The notes beneath the pieces were generated by a model, which worked only from the letters and a program-made list of their open reading frames with translations, had not been told where the DNA came from and made no database searches. Position numbers and translations under genes: made by a program. Below are positions 42,501-49,969 of a stretch of DNA of 64,000 bases, in pieces (position 1 is the first letter of the stretch; each line of letters opens with the position of its first letter). Origin of the DNA: Balanoglossus misakiensis (lineage: Eukaryota > Animalia > Hemichordata); assembly GCA_040954595.2 (NCBI GenBank), contig JBECUI020000036.1, positions 62,001 through 126,000 on the forward strand, in the 5' to 3' direction.

Positions 42501-44761
42501 GATGTGTATCCGTCTGCAGTTGCCGTAACTGTAACTGCGTAGTCTCCTGCCGGAACATCTATAGGAACAATGACGGTTCCTATCGCATCAACGATCATGC
42601 TATATATTGATTCACCCTCTACAGTCGCAGCAATGGTATAGACGACCTCCACCTCCTGGGGGAGACTGGATAGATCGCTATCTATGGCATAGCTCATTTC
42701 TATACCCTGATCTACGGGATTGACTGTGCCATAACTGATAAACGGATCAATCTTAATAACTGTTGTCGCTTTAATGTTGCCAATATATCCTTCTACAGTT
42801 GCCCGAATGTCAACTTGATACGTTCCAGACGGGGTCTTCGGATTGACAATCAATGTACCGTCATTATTTATCTCAATGCCCTCAACTGACGGTACTATTT
42901 CTGAAATCTGATAACGCAAGTCGGAACTGGTAGTTCCTGCTGGTAAGTTGTCTTCAATAACGGTGGCTGAATAGCTGTATAAACTGTCATATGCCAGGTT
43001 TTCATCGGGATTATAGACTATGGTACCGTCGGGAATATTGTCCAAGGTAGGGATCTGAACTTGAATGGGGAGGGTTATCGTTTTATCATCTCCGACTGTT
43101 ATGCTTATCTCAGTACTTCCATGTGTCCGAGATACAATTTGTAGAGGTGCAGTCCATTGTCCCGCTTCCGTACCATCTTCTATCTGTCCAACCGTAACGG
43201 TAACTATGTCTGTAGCGACATCAGCACGTATGGGAACAGCCCCGATATTCTCGCCAATAATGGTCAATGTGCGTTCTTGGGTAACACCTATCGCTTCAAA
43301 GAGTACGAGGGTCGGAGTTTCTTCGCCGTTTATGGATAGACTGCTTACGCCGTTACTCTTTAATACAACGATCTCACTCCAGTCGCTGAATTGCGAAGCA
43401 TTTGCACTATTTACTGCTCGCACTTGAATATCATAGTCGGTAACACCGAGAAGACCGGAAATCCGTACTGTCTCGTCCGTCGGATCAACATCGGAAGACC
43501 CTATCCAGTTTGCCGTTCCACTTTGCCGATAATGAACATCATATTTAATGCTTACGGTGTTTCCATTCGGTCCTAAAACAGGGGGTACTGCATTCCAATG
43601 CACCGTCAACGTATTTATTTCTTTGCCGGTAACGTCCTTTGCTATTCCAGTTGGAATATCCGGCTTCGTAGATTGGTCATTTTCCTGACGTGTCGATACC
43701 TGCTGTAAGGTGCTGAGTGTATGTCCGTCATTACCTTCGTTTTCTGCCTTAATTGCTATAAAGTAAGCCGTATTCATCGTTAAACCACTAATAGTGATAG
43801 TCTGATCCGTATCATCATCATCGGGTTGCAAATTATCCGGGGCCACTATTAATGCGGAACTTCCGCCGGCAGGATAGTCGCTTGTTAGGTAAACCCGGTA
43901 GCGAGGCAAAACTGTATTTCCCTGTACCGATTCCTTGCCGGGAGTTACGGCATTCCACGTTAGTGTTAATGATGTTTCTTGCTGGTCGGCTATGGTTATG
44001 TTCCCTACTTGACCAGGGAGAACGCGGAGTAAGAAAGACGGCGGAATTATCTGCTCGGATTCGCTACTTTTGAGACCAGTCGTGCTGGTTGCTGTTACAA
44101 CAAAACGATATTCCGTGTTGCCCTGCAACCCGGTAACCGTATGTGATAATGCCTGCAGGGAGGTCTCAATCCCAACTAAGGTTGTCCCTTGATAAACGGA
44201 GAGGTCATAAGACTGCAAAGAGGCTGAAATTCCCGCTGCATCCTTTCCCCAATCCGATACGCTCTGCCATTGCAGGAGCGCCGTAATACTTGTACGGGCA
44301 TTTGCTAGGGTATATCGTAACCCCGTAGGTGCTGCCGGAAATGTTGCTAAGTTTGTCTGTACTATTTCCGTAGGGGTAACAGGTAAACTAAAGGAACCAC
44401 TTGCATCAATTACTGAAATGCTCACCTCGTAAACCGTGCTGGCACTTAAGCCGCTTACCGTATAGACACTGCTGCCGTCTTCTTGCAGTGTTATCTCACT
44501 TGCTTTTACAATTATTTCAACCAAAGGAGCATTCACAGACGATAATACAATTCGATACTCGGCAATATCTGCTTGTACGGGATCTGTCCACACAATTTCC
44601 ATACCTGAACTGTGTACATTACGTACATGCACATTACTCACACCGGCAATCACAATATCGCTGGTACCAGTATCACCACATGATATACCAAACAATAATA
44701 AAGTACTTACTAGAACACAAACAAATAATACGTGTTGCTTCCCACTTCTTTTCATAAACAT
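39506..44761 (-). CDS. Giant surface lipoprotein: FN3 domains, Ig-like stalk and GLUG-motif C-terminal region
   Basis: Lipobox LFGIS-C; four FN3-like units (W...Y...GL...T.Y); repeated Y.V.V.AT modules; several VGGLVG repeats after IYSWQDL. Confidence 0.8.
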   Translation of the reverse strand: MFMKRSGKQHVLFVCVLVSTLLLFGISCGDTGTSDIVIAGVSNVHVRNVHSSGMEIVWTDPVQADIAEYRIVLSSVNAPLVEIIVKASEITLQEDGSSVYTVSGLSASTVYEVSISVIDASGSFSLPVTPTEIVQTNLATFPAAPTGLRYTLANARTSITALLQWQSVSDWGKDAAGISASLQSYDLSVYQGTTLVGIETSLQALSHTVTGLQGNTEYRFVVTATSTTGLKSSESEQIIPPSFLLRVLPGQVGNITIADQQETSLTLTWNAVTPGKESVQGNTVLPRYRVYLTSDYPAGGSSALIVAPDNLQPDDDDTDQTITISGLTMNTAYFIAIKAENEGNDGHTLSTLQQVSTRQENDQSTKPDIPTGIAKDVTGKEINTLTVHWNAVPPVLGPNGNTVSIKYDVHYRQSGTANWIGSSDVDPTDETVRISGLLGVTDYDIQVRAVNSANASQFSDWSEIVVLKSNGVSSLSINGEETPTLVLFEAIGVTQERTLTIIGENIGAVPIRADVATDIVTVTVGQIEDGTEAGQWTAPLQIVSRTHGSTEISITVGDDKTITLPIQVQIPTLDNIPDGTIVYNPDENLAYDSLYSYSATVIEDNLPAGTTSSDLRYQISEIVPSVEGIEINNDGTLIVNPKTPSGTYQVDIRATVEGYIGNIKATTVIKIDPFISYGTVNPVDQGIEMSYAIDSDLSSLPQEVEVVYTIAATVEGESIYSMIVDAIGTVIVPIDVPAGDYAVTVTATADGYTSATSDFIIRIIVLDPLTGTMSYTIDQPIEYGTTALYPLTVDGLPDSLTKDALQYSLSVLQEGIAVQNHGFTIDAEGRLAVSSSTSINVYEVIVTASNSHYRGTLSVTEMINVQPRIYYSGDGMLYMSKSTSDKLFALVPSLSSFPPDISLSYTIAATNQGELIDGITVNNQDGTIIAPPEVSIKSYEVTVTVTWGTNGVLEIPLTINVSAPMWPIRISYSTDQAGIAGTASYDVIVSRRVSGEEISEEDLLLLQDTLVYTFGSIERSNTTISNPGFVLNNGRLEVTESVPAGSYFLYIRAALPEGSSMTYTGRLETAVSLMVLSAYSLEQFDLSYDTSAAAIGETMYSATNTFPNDVGTLSYAIQANAEGFSIDENTGEITVSASTESGYYSVVVTVRTVSDVYVGTKAVSVPILVGSEADYIYKLGANTVAQSYFSIGDIDNPLLFVLPGKTDITSLTAEISIRNADLSSAPPIYTGSGTDIVAQVQGMIGIGPRMDYETWKVENANRVAIHVTITDGNDVTEIDVTKSVAGVHDIYSWQDLRAISHDPAANYLIQTDISFPIPGTRGFPVSGFTPIERFTGSLDGNHKTISHFYISNGFMDHVGMFKVIETTSADIVAVKDLTLTDPFVHARKYVGTIAGELKSGTISNYAIQVSGAGTVIQSDYESPYLIDDGNIGSIAGAVLINGILRDVSNHGDVIAEKSHVVGGLAGMNYGEIIGSMAGTVSGSDKVGGLVGVNIGKLQGSMTGTVNGNNKVGGLVGENTAKSITTIIGFVSGSVQGSAVVGGLVGLNSGHLYVDENLVLRRDVGAVLGYVSASVSGTSYVGGLVADTIGGSITGYVVGTITSSNTERIGGLVAIAGRDNEETVITGIFSGSMTTGQVIGVMNSISTVRAYYTGTFGSLGAGTLPSGSYIEQISDPINLEQRAVSGGYRYYDTIGTSDINDDVQVFHQTHTDESSTSMNDFSFTNELGSWAWRARMFPVLWDQSDKQYFGNQ

Positions 44762-44764
44762 CTC

Positions 44765-44786
44765 CTTGATGAAATCTTGATGAAAT
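44765..44786. repeat. 11-bp tandem direct repeat just upstream of the lipoprotein start
   Basis: CTTGATGAAAT twice. Confidence 0.7.
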
Positions 44787-44986
44787 ATATTCCATCATTA
44801 TATGACTGTATAATTATATTAAGTGATATAATATATAAAAAGTCAATAGTTTTTATTTTTTCAATATTTTCCTCAAATAATAGACACATAAAGTATATCG
44901 GAACTTTTCCTGTAATTCTTGCTAAATAATGTCTCATTATTTTTTGTTGTGTCTCACTTTTTTGAACGGCTCCTCCTTGGCTTGAC

Positions 44987-45400
44987 TCAATAAGAGAAAA
45001 AAAATGTGCATACGTACTTGCAAAGGGTGGCTGGTGGGGTGGAGTAGCGCAGGAAGACTGCTTTCACAAAATTGGAAAAGCCATATTGAATTTTTTCTAA
45101 TCCCGCTTCCTGCATCAACTTTTGCATCCTTGCAATGCCCGTTCCCATCTTTTCAATATAGTCAATTCTCTGCATGAGGTTGGCAATATTGGGATTTCTC
45201 AGCAAACTCACTTTAGCAAAGTCTTTTTCTCTTAATCCCTTCGGCAGCCCTCCCGGACTGGTAATCTCCACCCTGTCATCAAAAATTTCAACCATAACAT
45301 GGGCTCCCATCTCAAAATAATCTCGATGGATAACCGCATTAATAACTGCTTCTCTCAGAGCCTCATAGGGGAGTTCGGGAATTTCTTTTCTAGCTGGTGA
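44987..45400 (-). pseudogene. Fragment of an AlbA_2/RecG-C-type ATP-binding protein
   Basis: PYEALREAVINAVIHRDY, DDRVEITSPGGLP, RNPNIA, EKMGTGI. The N-terminal half is replaced by darT-derived sequence and there is no C-terminal HTH. Confidence 0.8.
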
Positions 45401-45535
45401 GGGCAATTAAAACAAATTCAGACTCGGGACGTTTACTAATACACGCCCCATCAAAAGGATTATTCGCAAAAAAAGGAAGGGAACATAGCTGTTTAATTGT
45501 TTTCTTCTCTGAATTCTATAATCTCACAGTCCGCA
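45396..45535 (-). repeat. Decayed 140-bp copy of an internal darT segment
   Basis: Matches 49312-49453 with 4 substitutions and two 1-nt deletions. Confidence 0.95.
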
Positions 45536-45557
45536 TGCAAACGATCTCGACCTTCTC

Positions 45558-47864
45558 TCACTCTTTCCTGCGTTCTAATGCAAAACTATCTTTTTGCTGT
45601 TCCATTTGATAAAAGGCAATCTCCTTGCCCTCAAAAAGTTTCTTGATTGCTGTTTTCTTTTTATAGTCGCACTTCATTCCAAAGGTGATGGATTTTATAT
45701 TGCATGTTTCCAGTTCAAGGAATACCCCACCTTGTGCTTGGCTATACTTGATTGCACGTACCTCTTGTTCATAGTTCCAACACTTTGCTTTTGTAAAGAA
45801 TCCACTCTCTATAAGAGCTGTTACTGATTGCCAATCATAGGTTATCTCTAAGTTGTCGGGATAGTGAACCTCCCCAATGGCAATCCTGTTCTTTTCCTGA
45901 AATTCTCTATCAAATCCATACTCAATGAATATGCCTGTATGGCTATCCGCGTAATGGCTCCACATAAGCATGTTTCCCCAACTTCTTTTATTTGCTTGTA
46001 CAAAAGACCCAACCCTTATCTTTTTCCACTCTTCTTTGAGGAGAAGTGGCATATTCTTCTCCTTTGCAAGGGGACAATCCATTGGGTCATTAAAATTGTC
46101 GGGATCTGCCAGGTACAGCTCTCCGTTAATGAGAGCCTCTAATGTGTTTTGATTGACGGGTCTAAACTTGCCAATTCCTTGTTCTTTAACAGGCATTCCG
46201 GTAATAGCTAAGGCAATGGCTTGGCTATAGTCTGCTATTGCTCGATCATGCTTGCCTTGAGTAACATACGCATTCCCTCGATTATAATATGCCCTCGCCT
46301 GGTCGTTCTCATTGGTATATAGTTCTATGGCTTGGCTATAGTCTGCTATTGCACGGTCATACTTGCCTGTATCACTATACGCAATTCCTCGATTATAATA
46401 TGCCGCCGCCTTGCCGTTCTCATCGGTATATAGTTCTATAGCTTTGCCGTAGTCGGCTATCGCCCGGTCATGCTCCCCTGTATCCCTATACGCAATCCCT
46501 CGATTAACATAAGCTTTCGCCTTGCTGTTCTCATCGGTATATAACGCTATCGCTTTGCCATAGTCGGCTATTGCCTGGTCATACTTGCCTGTATCACTAT
46601 ACGCAATTCCTCGACCAACATAAGCCAACGCCTCGGTGTTCTTATCGGTAGATAGTTCTATTGCTTGGCTATAGTCTGCTATTGCACGGTCATACTTACC
46701 TGTATCACTATACGCATCCCCTCGGAGAAAATATGCATTCGCCTTGTCGTTCTCATCGGCATATAGTTCTATAGCTTTGCCGTAGTCGGCTATTGCCTGG
46801 TCATGCTCGCCTTGAGCAACATACGCAATTCCTCGATTAGCATAAGCCTTTGCTTGCTCGTTCTTATCGGTAAATAGCCCTATTGCTTGGCTATAGTCTG
46901 CTATTGCCCGGTCATGCTCACCTTTACCCCTATACGCATTCCCTCGATTATAATATGCCTTTGCTTTGTCATTCCTACTGGTAAATAGCTCTATCGCTTT
47001 GCCATAGTCTGCTATTGCACGGTCATGCTCACCTTTAGCACTACACGCAGTTCCTCGATTATAATATGCCTTCGCCTGGTCGTTCTCATTGGTATATAGT
47101 TCTATGGCTTTGCTATAGTCTGCTATTGCACGGTCATGCTCGCCTTGAGAACTATAAGCATTCCCTCGACTATCATAAGCCTTCGCCTGGTCGTTCCTAC
47201 CAGTGAATAACTCCATCGCTTTGTCAAAGTCTGCTATTGCTCGGACATGATCCCCTGTATCCCTATACGCAATTCCTCGATTAACATAAGCTTTCGCCTT
47301 GCTGTTCTCATCGGTATATAGTTCTATAGCTTTGCCGTAGTCGGCTATCGCACGATCATGCTCCCCTATATCCATATATGCAATTCCTCGACCAACATAA
47401 GCCAACGCCTCGGTGTTCTTATCGGTAGATAGTTCTATCGCTTGGCTATAGTCTGCTTTTGCCCGGTCATACTTACCTGTATCACTATACACATCCCCTC
47501 GGAGAAGATATGCATTCGCCTTGTCGTTCTCATCGGCATATAGTTCTATAGCTTTGCCGTAGTCTGCTATTGCCCGATCATACTTACCTGTATCACTATA
47601 CGCATTTCCTCGGTTTTCATAAGCCCCTGCCTTGTTCTTCTTATCGGTATATAGTTCTATCGCCTTGCCGTAGTCGGCTATTGCACGGTCATGCTTGCCT
47701 TGAGCAACATACGCATATCCTCGACCATCATAAGTCTTTGCCTTGGCACTCTTATTTGCAATCGGGGAGTTGATAATTTCAGTACAGCATTCTATCGCGC
47801 TGTCATAGTCGGCTGCTTTATAAAGCCGGACTGCTTGCTCGAATAGTTTTGCTATGTTTATCAT
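45558..47864 (-). CDS. TPR-array protein with C-terminal DUF2971-like domain
   Basis: 14 x 37-aa TPRs, then FNDP.DC, LMWSHYADSHTG, V.Y and K...W.YEQE.R motifs. Confidence 0.85.
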   Translation of the reverse strand: MINIAKLFEQAVRLYKAADYDSAIECCTEIINSPIANKSAKAKTYDGRGYAYVAQGKHDRAIADYGKAIELYTDKKNKAGAYENRGNAYSDTGKYDRAIADYGKAIELYADENDKANAYLLRGDVYSDTGKYDRAKADYSQAIELSTDKNTEALAYVGRGIAYMDIGEHDRAIADYGKAIELYTDENSKAKAYVNRGIAYRDTGDHVRAIADFDKAMELFTGRNDQAKAYDSRGNAYSSQGEHDRAIADYSKAIELYTNENDQAKAYYNRGTACSAKGEHDRAIADYGKAIELFTSRNDKAKAYYNRGNAYRGKGEHDRAIADYSQAIGLFTDKNEQAKAYANRGIAYVAQGEHDQAIADYGKAIELYADENDKANAYFLRGDAYSDTGKYDRAIADYSQAIELSTDKNTEALAYVGRGIAYSDTGKYDQAIADYGKAIALYTDENSKAKAYVNRGIAYRDTGEHDRAIADYGKAIELYTDENGKAAAYYNRGIAYSDTGKYDRAIADYSQAIELYTNENDQARAYYNRGNAYVTQGKHDRAIADYSQAIALAITGMPVKEQGIGKFRPVNQNTLEALINGELYLADPDNFNDPMDCPLAKEKNMPLLLKEEWKKIRVGSFVQANKRSWGNMLMWSHYADSHTGIFIEYGFDREFQEKNRIAIGEVHYPDNLEITYDWQSVTALIESGFFTKAKCWNYEQEVRAIKYSQAQGGVFLELETCNIKSITFGMKCDYKKKTAIKKLFEGKEIAFYQMEQQKDSFALERRKE
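46209..47744 (-). repeat. Tandem array of 14 x 111-bp TPR-coding repeats
   Basis: Units are highly similar at DNA level; units 3-5 recur as 10-12 at a 777-bp offset. Confidence 0.95.
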
Positions 47865-47928
47865 GTAACCTTCTGCCCATACTTTTTATGTTATATCATC
47901 ACATTCCCTACAAACAAGTACGGACTAT

Positions 47929-48975
47929 TCAAGAAATTTTACAAAGGAAATATCCCAAAAAAGTTTTTTCAATTAAATTGTGTTTTAGTAAAATATCGAT
48001 CCCTTCTTTTATTACATCATCATTAAATCTTCTTTTCTCTTCCTTCGGCCATTTCTTAAATTCTTCAATAATTTTTTCTTCACTTTCACATCCCTCGTTT
48101 ATTAAATAAGCAACGGTTGCAGCTGTCTCAATAAGTAACGGATCTTTTATGCTTAAGGTTGTCTTTGTAGCTTGCTCAATGGGGATAGCAAATTTTTCTA
48201 ATAGGCTCTCTGATCTTTTACTAATATGGGTATTGTAAGCCAATTCAAAAGCCTGAATGAGTTCTTTATTATAAAATGTTTTATATTCTTCAATTTGTTT
48301 AGAAATTAATTCAATAGCATAGCAGTAGGGGCCATATTTGTGTTTTACAAACTTAAAATAAACCGTTTGAGCAAATAAGTTCATCAAAAAGGCCGTCTTT
48401 TGTAAAACAAGATCCGCTAGGAAAGCATTATCATTTTTACTGTTCCCCTTATCAATCCCAATCTTTAATTTCATAATAATCAAATGAGAAGCACTCAATT
48501 TAGGAGGCTCTTTGATATTGCTTGTATTCATTACTGCAGACGGCTCAAAAATAACTATTTGCACACCCTCTAAAAAAGATAATTTTTCCTCTATTTTCTG
48601 TTTAACAGTTGTCCAAGCAAGCCCCCCGTTTCCACTGCCCAGTGGAGGAATAGAAATAGTTTTAATCTTTCTTGTTTGAATTGTTTGAGCAAGATCTTTT
48701 AGTCCGTCATCAATAAAAGAATATTTTGATTTTTTTCTCCATTCATCTTTTGTCGGAAAATTAATAATTATTCTTTCACCCTCTTTAACAACAAACATTT
48801 TACCAGTTTGCACTTTCTTTTTTTTACAAGCTTCTACGTATTGACGATTATTTTCAGGGAATCTAGTCTTGAATTGGTAGGCGATTCCCTTTCCCATATA
48901 TCCTTCACAATTCACGGTATTCACAAGAGCTTGTGAATTTGATTCAAAAATATTTCCTGTTGTAAATTTAATCAT
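47929..48975 (-). CDS. darG: DarG antitoxin (macrodomain DNA ADP-ribosylglycohydrolase)
   Basis: ALVNTVNCEGYMGKGIAYQFK, INFPTK..WR, IPPLGSGNGGL.W, F.KHKYGPY. Confidence 0.92.
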   Translation of the reverse strand: MIKFTTGNIFESNSQALVNTVNCEGYMGKGIAYQFKTRFPENNRQYVEACKKKKVQTGKMFVVKEGERIIINFPTKDEWRKKSKYSFIDDGLKDLAQTIQTRKIKTISIPPLGSGNGGLAWTTVKQKIEEKLSFLEGVQIVIFEPSAVMNTSNIKEPPKLSASHLIIMKLKIGIDKGNSKNDNAFLADLVLQKTAFLMNLFAQTVYFKFVKHKYGPYCYAIELISKQIEEYKTFYNKELIQAFELAYNTHISKRSESLLEKFAIPIEQATKTTLSIKDPLLIETAATVAYLINEGCESEEKIIEEFKKWPKEEKRRFNDDVIKEGIDILLKHNLIEKTFLGYFLCKIS

Positions 48976-48984
48976 AAAAATCCC

Positions 48985-49578
48985 TCACACTCTACATGCA
49001 AACATATGTGGGTTTATCTGAATAAATACCTCATTGCTTCCGCTCATGTTTTCTATTTCTTTTTTGGACTCTGCATTTCTTACATAGATTCTCTCAAAAA
49101 ATTTTTTCTCCACTTTTGATGCTATTATACACTCGGCCATACAAGTTTGTTTGCAGTCCCTATCTTGATAGTCTCTTTTATCCATCAAATTCCAGTCTAT
49201 TTTTTTATATCCTTCCTTGTAGGAATATATCTTCTTTTCATGATTTTTAAAATAATGAATAGGATGGGTGGGAATAATTTTTGCCTGTAATTGGTTGCAG
49301 GCATCTTCGCGGGTGAGGGCAATTAAAACAAATTCAGACTCGGGACGTTTACTAATACACGTCCCATCAAAAGGATTATTCGCAAAAAAATGGAAGGGAA
49401 CATAGCTGTTTAAATTGTTTTCTTTTCTGAATTCTATAATCTCACGGTCTGCAATATCTACAAAACTGCTCTTTAATTCACTTCTGGCCTGTAAGCCATT
49501 CTGAAAAATTGACTCTAAATTTTTAATATCAGTGAGATGATATATGAGTTTGCCGGCGCTTGGATTAATAGCGCACAT
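48985..49578 (-). CDS. darT: DarT ssDNA ADP-ribosyltransferase toxin (DUF4433)
   Basis: IYHLTDIKNLESIF..GL, YVPFHF, IDW.LM, MAEC (catalytic Glu position). Upstream TGCTATAAT and GGGAG SD. Confidence 0.9.
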   Translation of the reverse strand: MCAINPSAGKLIYHLTDIKNLESIFQNGLQARSELKSSFVDIADREIIEFRKENNLNSYVPFHFFANNPFDGTCISKRPESEFVLIALTREDACNQLQAKIIPTHPIHYFKNHEKKIYSYKEGYKKIDWNLMDKRDYQDRDCKQTCMAECIIASKVEKKFFERIYVRNAESKKEIENMSGSNEVFIQINPHMFACRV

Positions 49579-49626
49579 CGCTTTTCTCCCTTTAAAAATT
49601 ATAGCATAAATGACTGTACTTTGTCA

Positions 49627-49855
49627 TTATGAATTGGCAAAACTTTTTTCAATGTTTACTTCTTCTTTCAGCAAGGTCGCCTCATCCAGGGTCGTCTGCG
49701 TTCCCTCAATCTTGCTGGAGGTAACCGCTTCCCGCTTTGCGTACATGGTAATAAAAGAATCAATATCGGGAACCAGTGTAGAATACGCCTCCAGAGAACC
49801 TAAACCACGCATTGCATTCCCGAGCAAGAGGTCAATCTCCTTATCTTCCCAATAT
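49627..49855 (-). pseudogene. N-terminal fragment of a Fic-family protein
   Basis: WEDKEIDLLL..A...LG.L...PD...FI.MY..REAV.SSKIEGTQTTLDE, then a stop; no HPF..GNGR motif. Confidence 0.8.
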
Positions 49856-49932
49856 TTTTATTTAAGCAATGCCAAAATGCGAGAATAATTCAAACTACTT
49901 GATTACAGATTCTATAATTTCAAGACAAATCC

Positions 49933-49962
49933 TTGCATAATAAAGAGACTATAAAATATAAT
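49933..49962 (+). promoter_or_regulatory. topA promoter, leaderless geometry
   Basis: TTGCAT, 18 nt, TATAAT, 7 nt, ATG(49970); no SD. Confidence 0.65.
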
Positions 49963-49969
49963 CGTATAC

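Noticed and set aside
46209-47744. 111-bp repeats as a CRISPR array
   Set aside because: The units are in-frame protein-coding repeats with no unique spacers and no cas genes.
45396-49453. darT repeat pair as a DGR template/variable repeat
   Set aside because: Differences include a C/T change and two deletions, the segment is a conserved catalytic region, and no reverse transcriptase is in the window.
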